This document shows, piece after piece, positions 8,582 through 17,848 of a stretch of 27,048 nucleotides of DNA; the stretch's first letter is position 1, and each line of letters opens with the position of its first letter. Below the pieces are notes generated by a model, which worked only from the letters and a program-made list of their open reading frames with translations, did not search any database and was not told the DNA's origin. The DNA comes from Thermoplasmatales archaeon SW_10_69_26 (GTDB lineage Archaea > Thermoplasmatota > SW-10-69-26): contig PXUB01000049.1 of NCBI GenBank assembly GCA_003009755.1, forward strand, positions 1 to 27,048. Direction: 5' to 3'. Made by a program: the position numbers and the translations under genes.

Positions 8582-9402
8582 CGACGGTTCACGAGCCCCT
8601 CCCCCCGGAGGAACGGTTACGCAGGCTGTTCGCCGACCGCGCCGAGGGCGGCGTGCTCGTCGCCACGAGCGGCGGGGTCGACTCCTGCACGCTGGCGGCC
8701 ATCGCCCACCAGGTCCTCGACGAGGACATGCTCGCCGTCACGCTCGACGCCGAGTCGAACGCCGCTCGCGAGCTCGAAGACGCGATGACCTTCCTGCAGG
8801 ACCAGGCCATCCCGCACGCGGTCGTCGACCACAGCGAGCTTTCCGACCCCGACTACCGGGAGAACACCCCCATGCGGTGCTATCACTGCCGGGAGGGCAT
8901 GCTGGACCGGCTGAGGGAGGTCGCCGAGGACCGCGGTCTCGCTCACATCGCGATGGGCTACGTCCCCGACGACCGGATGGACCACACGCCCGGGCGTCGA
9001 GCGGCCAAGGAAGCCGGAGCATGGTTCCCCTACGTGGACGCCGGCATCGGCAAAGACCAAGTCCGCGCGCTCGCCGAGCGGATGGATCTGCCTGTCGCCG
9101 ATCGCCCGTCGAACGCCTGCCTGTCCTCCCGTATCCCGTACGGTCAGGAGGTCACCGCCGACAAGCTCGAGACCGTCGAGGCGGCCGAACAAGCGGTGCG
9201 CTCGATCGCGGACGTCGAGCAGGTGCGCGTGCGCCACCACGACGACGTGGCCCGCATCGAGGTCGCGCCCGACCAGCGGGCGGCGCTGTTGGCTAACGAC
9301 CGAGCCATCGCGGAGGAGCTCGAACAGCTGGGGTTCACGTTCGTGGCCGTCGACCTGCTGGGCTACCGCACCGGGGCGTTGAACGAGGCGCTCGACGGCT
9401 GA
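8578..9402 (+). CDS. larE: LarE-family ATP-dependent sulfur transferase (TIGR00268-like)
   Basis: SGGVDS PP-loop, N..RCYHC, PG.RA, PSNACLSSRIPYG, QVRVRHH...ARIEV and GYRTG. ATGA overlap with the upstream gene. Confidence 0.9.
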   Translation: MTTVHEPLPPEERLRRLFADRAEGGVLVATSGGVDSCTLAAIAHQVLDEDMLAVTLDAESNAARELEDAMTFLQDQAIPHAVVDHSELSDPDYRENTPMRCYHCREGMLDRLREVAEDRGLAHIAMGYVPDDRMDHTPGRRAAKEAGAWFPYVDAGIGKDQVRALAERMDLPVADRPSNACLSSRIPYGQEVTADKLETVEAAEQAVRSIADVEQVRVRHHDDVARIEVAPDQRAALLANDRAIAEELEQLGFTFVAVDLLGYRTGALNEALDG

Positions 9403-9427
9403 CGGTGGCTCGGTCACGGTCCGCGGT

Positions 9428-9704
9428 GACCACACAGAGACCCACAGAGACACGGAGGAGAAGACAGGTTGCCGGAAGGTCCAAGGGAAGGGGCAAGGGA
9501 GAAGCCATCCAGCCCCGAGGTGTCCCCGCCCGTGGAACGCACGGTCCCGCGGGCCTCTCGCGGGAGAGGCGAGACAGCACAGGCAGCCAAGCCGCTGGGG
9601 ACGAGGGGTCTCTGGATCTCCTCTTCCCGGCATGAATCCCCGCCTGGTCACCGTCATCGATCGGCCCTCCCTGCTCTGTGCCCTTGTGTCTCCGTGGCTC
9701 TGTG
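9428..9704. repeat. REP/MITE-like element with imperfect terminal inverted repeats of CACAGAG/CACGGAG units
   Basis: Left arm GACCACACAGAGACCCACAGAGACACGGAGG (9428-9458). Right arm CTCTGTGCCCTTGTGTCTCCGTGGCTCTGTG (9674-9704). Lies between convergent genes. Confidence 0.6.
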
Positions 9705-9734
9705 AGCCCTGCTTCCACCGCGAGCGTGGACCCG

Positions 9735-10763
9735 TCAGTCGAAGCCGAGCTCGGTGCGCTCGCGGTAGGCCTCGATGGCGAGGTCGAGCGCTTGGCCGAG
9801 CACGTCCTCGACGCCCTCGCCGGTCTCGCAGCTCATCCTCGCCCGGTCGCCGGTGGTCTGGATGTCGGCCTTGTTCTCGACGACGAGGAGCGGGACGTCG
9901 AAGGTGGCCTCCAGCTCCTCGAGCGTGCCAAGCTGGTCCTCCAGCGGGTACCCGCAGTGGCCGCTGGGGTCGAGCACGTAGAGGATGGCGTCGGCGGCGT
10001 GCTCGAGCGCGAGCACGGCCTGGCGCTCGATGTCGTTGCGCTCGTCCATCGGCCGGTCGAGGATGCCCGGCGTGTCCATGAGCTGCACCGTGTAGCGCTC
10101 GTGGTCGCGGTGGCCGAGGCTGACGCCTTTCGTCGTGAACGGGTAGGAGGCGACCTCGGGCGTGGCGCGCGTGGCGTGCTCGATGAGGCTGGACTTGCCG
10201 ACGTTGGGGTGGCCGGCGATGACGAGGATCGGGCGGTCGAAGCTCAGCGTCGGCAGGCCGGCCAGCTCGTGGCGGGCCCGTTCGAGCTCGGCCAGGTCCT
10301 CGGTGACGTCGTCGACCAGCGAGGCCATGCGGCCGTAGGCTTCCTTGCGGGCCTGCATCGCCTCGTGGTTGTTGTCCGAGTCGCGGATCTCGTCCTCGGC
10401 GTCGGCGCGGATCGTCTGCACCTGCTTGCGGGTCCACTCGACGTGGCCCAGGCGTTGCTTGAGCACGTCGAGGTCCTCGAGCACGCCGACGAGCTCGCGG
10501 TAGAAGGGCGGCAACTCCCCGAGGGAGGGGAACGAACGGATCACGCGATGGAGGGCGGACTCGATCTTGCGGGCGGCGGCGCCGACGCGAGCCAGCTCGC
10601 GGTTGCGGCCGCGTTCGCCGGGCGCTCCCTTGGGGGCCTGGGCCTTGCGCCCCTGGCGGAACGCCTGGTCGACCAGGTCCTCGGCCTGGGTCACGGTGGG
10701 CAGGCGGGAGAAGTCGATGCCCCCGCGATCGTCGAGCACGGCCGGGGACTGGTCCTCGGACAC
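9735..10763 (-). CDS. NOG1-family GTPase
   Basis: N-terminal helical domain (FPSL..LPPFYREL, GRMAS), GHPNVGKSS, YPFTTKG, DTPGILDRP..ERN.IE and NKAD. GTG start at 10763. Confidence 0.95.
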   Translation of the reverse strand: MSEDQSPAVLDDRGGIDFSRLPTVTQAEDLVDQAFRQGRKAQAPKGAPGERGRNRELARVGAAARKIESALHRVIRSFPSLGELPPFYRELVGVLEDLDVLKQRLGHVEWTRKQVQTIRADAEDEIRDSDNNHEAMQARKEAYGRMASLVDDVTEDLAELERARHELAGLPTLSFDRPILVIAGHPNVGKSSLIEHATRATPEVASYPFTTKGVSLGHRDHERYTVQLMDTPGILDRPMDERNDIERQAVLALEHAADAILYVLDPSGHCGYPLEDQLGTLEELEATFDVPLLVVENKADIQTTGDRARMSCETGEGVEDVLGQALDLAIEAYRERTELGFD

Positions 10764-10785
10764 ACCTCGGCGTAGACGGACGCCT

Positions 10786-10795
10786 TGTATATAGG
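10786..10795 (-). promoter_or_regulatory. Archaeal TATA box for the NOG1 gene
   Basis: CCTATATACA on the minus strand, about 25-30 nt upstream of the start, in otherwise GC-rich DNA. Confidence 0.7.
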
Positions 10796-10807
10796 CTGGG
10801 CGGGGGC

Positions 10808-11068
10808 TCAGTCGATCTCCATGGCCTCGACCCAGATGCCGGCTTCCTTGAGGTTCACGAAGCCGCCGCACTCCCGGCAGTAGTAGTCCTCCTCGTCGAC
10901 GTCGGTCGCCCCGCCCACGATCTCGACCCAGGGACCGGCCTCGGCGGCCTTCGTGAGCATGGTGAGGCGAGGCTCCCCGCAGTGGGGGCACTCGGCCGTC
11001 CAGGCCGTGATCTCCTGCTCGATCTCCTCCTCGACGTTGTCGGGCACGGGATCGTCGCGTCGTTCCAT
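10808..11068 (-). CDS. Small Zn-ribbon protein
   Basis: CPHCG and CRECG pairs, acidic. TGATG overlap with the hutH stop. Confidence 0.78.
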   Translation of the reverse strand: MERRDDPVPDNVEEEIEQEITAWTAECPHCGEPRLTMLTKAAEAGPWVEIVGGATDVDEEDYYCRECGGFVNLKEAGIWVEAMEID

Positions 11069-12615
11069 CAGATGTCCTCCAGGGTGAGAAGCGGACCGAC
11101 GGTGTCCTCGGCGGCCTCGCGCAGCTCGCCCTCGGCCACCATCGCCGCCAGGGTTCGGATGTCGGGGCGAAGCTCGCGGTCGCCGTCGAGCGCGGGGACC
11201 TCTTCGCGGATCCGAGCGTGGGCGGCTTTCACGCCGACGCCGGGTTCGATCGGGGCGTGGAAGTCGATCGCTTGCGCGGCCGTGAGAGCCTCGATGCCGA
11301 GCACGGTCTCGAGGTTGGCCAGGATCTGGCGGGCGTGGAGGGCCTGGGCGGCCCCCATCGCGTTCACGTCCTCCTGGTTGCCGCTGGTGGGGACCGTGTC
11401 GGCGACGACCGGGTGGGATAGGGCCTGGTTCTCGTTCGTGAGGCTGGCGGAGACGTACTGGGGGATCATCAGGCCGCTGTTCACGCCGCCGCCGGTCGTG
11501 AGGAACGGCGGCAGCTCAATGTCCTCGCCCTGCAACAGGTGGCTGGTGCGGCGTTCGCTGGCGACGGCGAGCTTGGCCAGGCAGCTGGCGACGTAGGCGA
11601 TCGGTTGGCCCAGCGGTTCGCCGTGGAAGTTGCCGCCGCTGATGACGAGCTCGTCGTCGGGGAACACGAGCGGGTTGTCGGTGGCGGCGTTGATCTCGGT
11701 CGACAGGACCTCGGCCAGGTGCCCGACGGCGTCCAGCACGGCGCCGTGGACCTGGGGCATGCAGCGGAACGAGTACGGGTCCTGCACCTTGTCGCAGTTG
11801 CGGTGGGACAGCATGATGCCGCTGTCCTCGAGCAGGGCTTCCAGGGTCGCGGCGACCCGGCAGGCGCCCTCGTGCGGGCGGACCTGGCGCAGCCGTTCGT
11901 CGAAGGGCCAGCGCGAGGCGCGCAGCCCCTCCACGCTCATGGCGCCGGTGATGCAGGCGGTGGCGATCGCGCGCCGGGCGTCCTGCACCAGCAGGCACCC
12001 GATGGCGGCCTGCAGCTGGGTGCCGTTGATCAACGCCAGGCCCTCCTTGGGTTCCAGGGTGAGGGGCTGGATGCCGACCTCGGCCAGCGCTTCGTCCGCG
12101 GGGCGGGTGCCCTCGTCGGCGCGGACCTTGCCGGCGCCGGTGAGGGCTCGGGCCATGTGGGCCAACGGGACCAGGTCCCCGCTGGAACCCACGCTGCCGC
12201 GGCTGGGCACGCGGGGGACGATGCCGACGTTGAGGGCCTCGATGAGGGTCTCGATGACGGCGGGGCGGACCCCGCTGACGCCTTTGGCGAGCGCGTTGGC
12301 GCGCAGCAGCATCATGGCGCGAACGACGTCGGCCGGCAGCGGGTCGCCGACGCCGCAGGCGTGCGAGGCGAGCAGGTTCTCCTGAAGCTGGCGGGCGTCC
12401 CCGGCGTCGATCGCCGTGTCCTCGAGCTCGCCGATGCCCGTGGTGACGCCGTAGACGGTCTCCTCGCTGTCGAGGAGGTCGTCGACGTAGCTGCGGGAGG
12501 CTTCGACGTCGGCGAGCGCGTCGTCGGCGAGCGCGACCGGCGCGTGCTCGCGGGCGACGCGGACGACGTCCTCGACCGTGAGCGAGGTGCCATCGCAGGT
12601 GACGGTGTGGGGCAT
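11068..12615 (-). CDS. hutH: Histidine ammonia-lyase
   Basis: VYGVTTG.G, LLASHACGVG (His-specific SH), GSVGSSGDL (MIO site), KEGLALINGT, QDPYSFRC.PQV.G, DNP, SGGNFHG and NQED. Confidence 0.95.
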   Translation of the reverse strand: MPHTVTCDGTSLTVEDVVRVAREHAPVALADDALADVEASRSYVDDLLDSEETVYGVTTGIGELEDTAIDAGDARQLQENLLASHACGVGDPLPADVVRAMMLLRANALAKGVSGVRPAVIETLIEALNVGIVPRVPSRGSVGSSGDLVPLAHMARALTGAGKVRADEGTRPADEALAEVGIQPLTLEPKEGLALINGTQLQAAIGCLLVQDARRAIATACITGAMSVEGLRASRWPFDERLRQVRPHEGACRVAATLEALLEDSGIMLSHRNCDKVQDPYSFRCMPQVHGAVLDAVGHLAEVLSTEINAATDNPLVFPDDELVISGGNFHGEPLGQPIAYVASCLAKLAVASERRTSHLLQGEDIELPPFLTTGGGVNSGLMIPQYVSASLTNENQALSHPVVADTVPTSGNQEDVNAMGAAQALHARQILANLETVLGIEALTAAQAIDFHAPIEPGVGVKAAHARIREEVPALDGDRELRPDIRTLAAMVAEGELREAAEDTVGPLLTLEDI

Positions 12616-12678
12616 CGGGACACTCAGGCACCCGCCCTCGTGGGCAAAAGGCTACCGGGGGACGCCGTGCCGGGCGAC

Positions 12679-13551
12679 TCAGCGCGGCTTGGGCCAGCTG
12701 TCGGCGCCGGTGGCTTCCTCGCTGACTCGCCACAGCTCGGCGGCCAGCGCCTCGTCCTGGGCCTTGCCGGAGGGGTCCCGAGCCTCTCGGTCGATGTAGT
12801 ACCGGCCGGTGTCGTCCTCGACCTCGGGCGAGGTGGCCAGGAACAGCGAGGTGTCGGCGGCCTCGTCGGGCTGGGTGAGGAACGGGCGGGCGATCTTCAT
12901 GAACCAGCGCACGTACCAGGGGCCCTCGCGTCCGAAGTTCGAGCCGACGACCCCCGGGTGCAGGCAGTTGGCAGTCACGATCCCGGGGTCCAGGCGGAGG
13001 GCGAGGGCGCGCGTGAACAGGATGTTGTACAGCTTGGTCTGCGCGTACACTTTGAAGCCGCGGTAGCTGTCCTCCTGGTTCTCGAACCCGTCGGGGACCG
13101 AGCCGGCGCTGCGGTGGGCTTCGCTGGCGACGGTCACGACGCGTGCGGCTCGTCCCTGGCTGCCGGCCTCGCGCAGCGGGTCGAGCAGCTCGTGGGTGAG
13201 CAGGAAGGGGGCCAGGTGGTTGACGGCGAACTGGTACTCGTGCCCGTCGGGCGTGATCTCGCGCTCGTGAAGGACGAGCCCGGCGTTGTTGACGAGGACG
13301 TCGAGAGCGTCGGCGCGCTGGCTGATCTCGTAGGCGGCCTGCTGGATCTCGTCCTGGACGCTGAGGTCGCAGAGCACGATCTCGACGTCGTCGTTGCCGG
13401 TCGTGTCGACGACGTCCGCGCGGGCCTCGGTGGCCTTGGCCTCGTCGCGGCACAGCATCAGGACCCGGTGGCCGGCGTCGGCCAGCCCGCGCGCGGTCTC
13501 GCGCCCGATGCCGCTGTTGGCGCCCGTGACGAGGTAGGTGAGAGGCTGCAC
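12679..13551 (-). CDS. Short-chain dehydrogenase/reductase (retinol-DH/WWOX-like)
   Basis: TGANSGIG, NNAG, VNHLAPFLLT, YAQTK and HPG.V. GTG start at 13551. Confidence 0.93.
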   Translation of the reverse strand: MQPLTYLVTGANSGIGRETARGLADAGHRVLMLCRDEAKATEARADVVDTTGNDDVEIVLCDLSVQDEIQQAAYEISQRADALDVLVNNAGLVLHEREITPDGHEYQFAVNHLAPFLLTHELLDPLREAGSQGRAARVVTVASEAHRSAGSVPDGFENQEDSYRGFKVYAQTKLYNILFTRALALRLDPGIVTANCLHPGVVGSNFGREGPWYVRWFMKIARPFLTQPDEAADTSLFLATSPEVEDDTGRYYIDREARDPSGKAQDEALAAELWRVSEEATGADSWPKPR

Positions 13552-13993
13552 GGTGGCGGGCAGGCAGCCCCCCGGCAAGACGTTTCCGATGGTTCCCCCG
13601 TCGACGCGACGCCGAGGCCGCCGGCAGCCGTCGGGCGGGCGCGGTGACGGTCTCGGCCGATCGGCGGGGCGTGGGTTCGCCCGGTCGCCGTCCCGGGGCC
13701 GAACAGGTGAAGGCGGGCGCCCTCGCGGGCCTCGATCACGTCGCTCCGGCGCTGGCGCGCCTCGGGGGCTTGCCGGCGGGGTGACCGGGTCGGGTGGACG
13801 GCGAGGTCGGGGGGGCCTCAGCCCCAGCGAGCAGCGTTGGCACAGCTCGCCGACGGGGAGGTGGGCGATCGGTCCGTCGGCGAACAGCGATCGCTCGGCC
13901 CGAGCCGTCCTCGAGGGCGTGGTTGGGCTCGCGCGTGGGAGGGCTAGGAGACACACTTGCGGTTGGCTCAGCCGTGGGGCCCGAGAAGGGGGC

Positions 13994-15637
13994 TCAGCCC
14001 CAGCGGTCGAACGCGTCGGTGGATTCGGCGATCTCTTCGGCGTCCTCGTAGCCGGCGTCGGCGTGGCGCACGATCCCGGAGCCGGGGTCGGCGTTGAACA
14101 CGTTGGCGATGCGGTCGTCGGCGTCGGCGGTGCCGTCGGCGACGACCATCATGCCGGCGTGCGTGGAGAGGCCGATGCCGACGCCGCCGCCGTTGTGGAT
14201 GGCGACCATGTCGGCGCCGGCGGAGGCGTTGAGGAGGGCGTTGAGCAGCGGCCAGTCGGCGATGGCGTCGGAGCCGTCCTTCATGCCTTCCGTCTCGCGG
14301 TAGGGGCTGGCGACGCTGCCGGTGTCGAGGTGGTCGCGCGTGATCGCGACGGGTCCGATCTCACCCGAGCGCACGCGGTCGTTGATCTCGCGGGCGAAGG
14401 TCTCCCGTTGGCCGAAGCCCAGCCAGCACACGCGCGCCGGCAACCCTTCGAAGGGGACGCGTTCCTGGGCGGCCTCGATCCATCGGGTGAGGGTCTCGTC
14501 TTCACCGAAGAGGTCGGTGACGAGGTCGTCGGTGACGGCGATGTCGTCCTCGTCGCCGGTGAGGGCGACCCAGCGGAACGGGCCCCGGCCCTGACAGAAC
14601 ATCGGACGCACGTAGGCCTTCACGAAGCCGGGGTAGGCGAAGGCCTCGTCGTAGCCGGCATCCTGGGCCTGCCCACGGAGGTTGTTGCCGTAGTCGAAGA
14701 CGACGCTGCCCTGGTCTTGGAAGGCCACCAACGCTTGGCAGTGGTCGACCATCGAGGCCCGAGCGGCCTCCTCGTGCTTGGCGGGGTCCTCCTCGCGTAG
14801 GCGGTCGGCTTCCTCGGGCGTGTACCCGGCGGGGATGTAGCCCGCGAGCGCGTCGTGGGCACTGGTTTGGTCGGTGACGACGTCGGGCTCGAAGCCTCTG
14901 TCCAGCAGCTCGGCGTGGGTCTCGGCGCAGTTGCCGATCAAGGCGACGCTGGTGGCTTCGCCGCGCTCGGCGGCGTCCTCGACGATGCTGACCGCCTCCT
15001 CGAGGTCGTGGGTCTTGTGCTGGCAGTAGCCGACGTCGATGCGTTCGTCGGCGTGGGCTTCGACGGCTTCGACGGCCAGGCAGGCGCCGCCGGCGATCTC
15101 GACGGCCAAGGGCTGGGCGCCGCCCATGCCGCCGAGGCCGCCGGTGAGCACGGTCTTGCCCTGTAGGGTGCCGTCGAAGTGTCGTCGGCCGACGGCGGCC
15201 ATCGTCTCGTAGGTGCCCTGGATGATGCCTTGGGTCCCGATGTAGCACCAGGAGCCGGCCGTCATCTGGCCGTACATCGTGAGGCCCTGGTCCTCGAGGT
15301 CGTGGAAGTCCTCCCAGGTGGACCAGCGCGGCACGAGGTTGCTGTTGGCGATCAGCACGCGCGGCGCGTCCTCGTGGGTGGGGAAGGTGGCCTGCGCGCG
15401 TCCGCTTTGGACGAGCAAGGTTTCGTCGTCCGCGAGCGTCTGGAGGGCCCTCGCGATCGTCTCCAGATCCTCGACCGAGCGCGCGGCCTTCCCGGTGCCG
15501 CCGTAGACGACGAGGTCCTCGGGCCGTTCGGCGTTCTCGAGGTTGTTGTACAGCAACCGGTAAACGGCTTCCGAGCGCCAGCTGGGGCAGGCTCGCTCGG
15601 TCCCGCGCGGCGCCTCGTAGGGAGGGGTCGAGGACAT
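13994..15637 (-). CDS. hutU: Urocanate hydratase
   Basis: LVVYGGTGKAAR, LLVQSG, SNLVP.W, GQMTAGSW.YIGTQGI, GLGGMGGAQP, TDQTSAHD, GRGPFRW, RDHLD and HNGGGVG. ATG 15637 chosen because TTAT lies about 27 nt upstream. Confidence 0.97.
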   Translation of the reverse strand: MSSTPPYEAPRGTERACPSWRSEAVYRLLYNNLENAERPEDLVVYGGTGKAARSVEDLETIARALQTLADDETLLVQSGRAQATFPTHEDAPRVLIANSNLVPRWSTWEDFHDLEDQGLTMYGQMTAGSWCYIGTQGIIQGTYETMAAVGRRHFDGTLQGKTVLTGGLGGMGGAQPLAVEIAGGACLAVEAVEAHADERIDVGYCQHKTHDLEEAVSIVEDAAERGEATSVALIGNCAETHAELLDRGFEPDVVTDQTSAHDALAGYIPAGYTPEEADRLREEDPAKHEEAARASMVDHCQALVAFQDQGSVVFDYGNNLRGQAQDAGYDEAFAYPGFVKAYVRPMFCQGRGPFRWVALTGDEDDIAVTDDLVTDLFGEDETLTRWIEAAQERVPFEGLPARVCWLGFGQRETFAREINDRVRSGEIGPVAITRDHLDTGSVASPYRETEGMKDGSDAIADWPLLNALLNASAGADMVAIHNGGGVGIGLSTHAGMMVVADGTADADDRIANVFNADPGSGIVRHADAGYEDAEEIAESTDAFDRWG

Positions 15638-15720
15638 CGACGACGAAGGCGAGCCCGACACGATAAGCCTGACGAACCCGACCCCTCAGATTTTCAACGC
15701 AGGCGAGGGTTGGCCGAGGT

Positions 15721-16446
15721 ATGCGAGTTCATGTACTGTTCGCCGTGGTCCTGCTGACGGCCGGCCTGGCCGGCTGCGCGACCGACGGCGAGGGATCTGC
15801 GAGCGTGTACGTGACGGACGCCCCGACGGACGAGTTCGAGGAGATCCACGTCGTCTTCTCGGACGCCTACGTCCACGAGGGCGGTGACGAGAACGAGACC
15901 GACACCAACGACTCAGAGGGCCCCGAGGGCGGTCCCTCGACCCAGGGTGACCCCTCCGAGGAGGGCGGGACCGAGGCGTCGTTCGGCCAGCACGGTGACC
16001 GTGGTGGGGACGGCGGCTCCGAGAACCGGTTCAGCCAGGAGGCGGGTTGGATCTCGCTCGTCGGCACCCAGGAACCGATCGACGTGAACCTGCTGAACGC
16101 GACCGGCACCCAGGCCGCGTTCCTGGGCGAGGCCAACCTCTCGGCCGGCACGTACACGCAGATCGCGATCGTCGTCGAGGACGCCTACGGCATCGACGAC
16201 AACGGGACCGAGGTCGACATCACGGTCCCCAGCGGCGTCGGTCGCGTCGTCCGATCCTTCCAGGTCGAGTCGGGGCAGGAGACCCAGATCGTCCTCGACC
16301 TCGATCTGGACAGGGCGATGACGGCGTCCAACGGCGACTGGAAGCTGACACCGGTGTTCGGCCAGACCGAGACCCGCGTCGTCGACGACGCCGAGTCCGG
16401 TGAACAGGCGCACGAGCCCGGCGAGGTCGCCGAGGTCGAGGCGTAG
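15721..16446 (+). CDS. DUF4382-domain lipoprotein
   Basis: Lipobox LAGC, VYVTDAP, L.AGTYTQI, VPSG and IVLDLDLDR....G..KLTPV. Confidence 0.88.
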   Translation: MRVHVLFAVVLLTAGLAGCATDGEGSASVYVTDAPTDEFEEIHVVFSDAYVHEGGDENETDTNDSEGPEGGPSTQGDPSEEGGTEASFGQHGDRGGDGGSENRFSQEAGWISLVGTQEPIDVNLLNATGTQAAFLGEANLSAGTYTQIAIVVEDAYGIDDNGTEVDITVPSGVGRVVRSFQVESGQETQIVLDLDLDRAMTASNGDWKLTPVFGQTETRVVDDAESGEQAHEPGEVAEVEA

Positions 16447-16459
16447 GCTGGCCTTCCCC

Positions 16460-16505
16460 GCGACGCGCGGCGGGCGGGGCGCGATCGCGCCTCGTCTGCC
16501 GTCGC
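16460..16505 (+). terminator. GC-rich hairpin 3' of the DUF4382 gene
   Basis: GGCGGGCGGGGCGCGA (16469-16484) pairs with TCGCGCCTCGTCTGCC (16485-16500), with three G-U pairs, plus outer GCGAC/GTCGC. Confidence 0.5.
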
Positions 16506-16615
16506 ATCCGACCGGTTCCCGGATCCATGCGAGGCTAAATCCGGCCCCGTGAGCCGCCACTGCCCCACAGGTGCCCCCCAGCGCTTATGAAGGGGCTGAC
16601 GGCTCGTTTACCGTG

Positions 16616-17848
16616 ATGAGGTCCAGCCTGGCACTCGCGACGGCTCTGTTGCTGATCACGGTCCCCGTGGTCGGATGCATCGGTTCCAGCGGAACGGGCG
16701 CGCCCGCGGAGACTGCGAACGCGACCGATCCCGCCACGAACGAGTCCTCGACCTCGCCGTTGCCGGAGGAGATCACTGGGCTGGCGGAGCTCGACACCGT
16801 CAGCACCGAAGGCAGCGGGACCGGCATCTGGATCGACGAGCAGCGTGACGTCCTCGTCAGCGCCAACGGGGGCGGCGGGCTGCAGCTGTACGACGTCTCG
16901 GACGCGGACAACGTGACCAAGCTCGGCAGCGTGGGCGACCTCTCGGCCCGCGACGCCGACATCCTCCGCTACGATGGGACCACGTACGCGATCCTGGCTG
17001 GATCCAGCGAGGGCATCCACGTCGTCGACATCGACGACCCCAGCGAGCCCGAGCATGTCGTCTCCGCCGACAAGTACGGCGCCCACAACGTCGCCAGCGT
17101 GCCCGGCACGCCCTACATCTACGACGCCACGGCCGTCGGCGCCGACGGGAAGGCGACGAACCCGATCATCCCGGTGCTGGACATCAGCGACCCCGAGGAC
17201 CCCTCGTGGACGACGATCGACATCCCGGCCGAGGTCAACGGCCAACCGACCCAATCCGACGGGTGCCACGACGTCGTCGTCCGCCAGGACCTGGGCAAGG
17301 CCTTCTGCGCCGGCGGCGGCAGCATGTACGCGGCCGGCGGCGGCGAGACGTTCATCTGGGACATCAGCGACGACGTGACCGACCCCGTCTGGGAGGGCGT
17401 CATCGACAACCCGTCGATCATGTACCACCACCAGGCCCTCGCCAGCGAGGACGGCGACCTGCTGATGATCAACGACGAGTTCATCGCGCCGAACTGCAAC
17501 GGCGCCAGCCAGGGCCCGGTCGACGCCCGGCAGACGACGGCGTCGATGTGGGTCTACAACATCTCCGACACGCAGAACCCGCAACTGATGGACCAGGTCC
17601 AGGTCATCGACGAGGACCAGAACGCCAACTGCGGTAGCCACTTCGGGGACCTCGTCGACGGTCGCGAGATGGTGACCTGGGGCTGGTACGAGGCCGGCAC
17701 GCTGCTGATCGACATCAGCGAGCCGAGCGACACCGAGATCGTCGACCGCATCGACCCCGAGGGCTCCACGTGGGACGCCAAGTACCACGACGGCCACGTC
17801 TACGGCTCCTCGGGCGACCTCCAAGTGCTCGACATCGTGGGCGAGTAG
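16616..17848 (+). CDS. LVIVD-repeat beta-propeller lipoprotein
   Basis: Lipobox VVGC, repeated (L/V/W)D(I/V)SDP..P motifs, conserved His (AHN, CHD, YHHQ, SHF) and WY.AG..LIDIS.P. Confidence 0.87.
   Translation: MRSSLALATALLLITVPVVGCIGSSGTGAPAETANATDPATNESSTSPLPEEITGLAELDTVSTEGSGTGIWIDEQRDVLVSANGGGGLQLYDVSDADNVTKLGSVGDLSARDADILRYDGTTYAILAGSSEGIHVVDIDDPSEPEHVVSADKYGAHNVASVPGTPYIYDATAVGADGKATNPIIPVLDISDPEDPSWTTIDIPAEVNGQPTQSDGCHDVVVRQDLGKAFCAGGGSMYAAGGGETFIWDISDDVTDPVWEGVIDNPSIMYHHQALASEDGDLLMINDEFIAPNCNGASQGPVDARQTTASMWVYNISDTQNPQLMDQVQVIDEDQNANCGSHFGDLVDGREMVTWGWYEAGTLLIDISEPSDTEIVDRIDPEGSTWDAKYHDGHVYGSSGDLQVLDIVGE

Noticed and set aside
9403-9734. Long spacers (also 13552-13993 and 17849-18120) as tRNA, SRP, RNase P or riboswitch genes
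   Set aside because: No cloverleaf, T-loop or other conserved motif recognised by eye. An Infernal/Rfam scan would be needed to exclude them.
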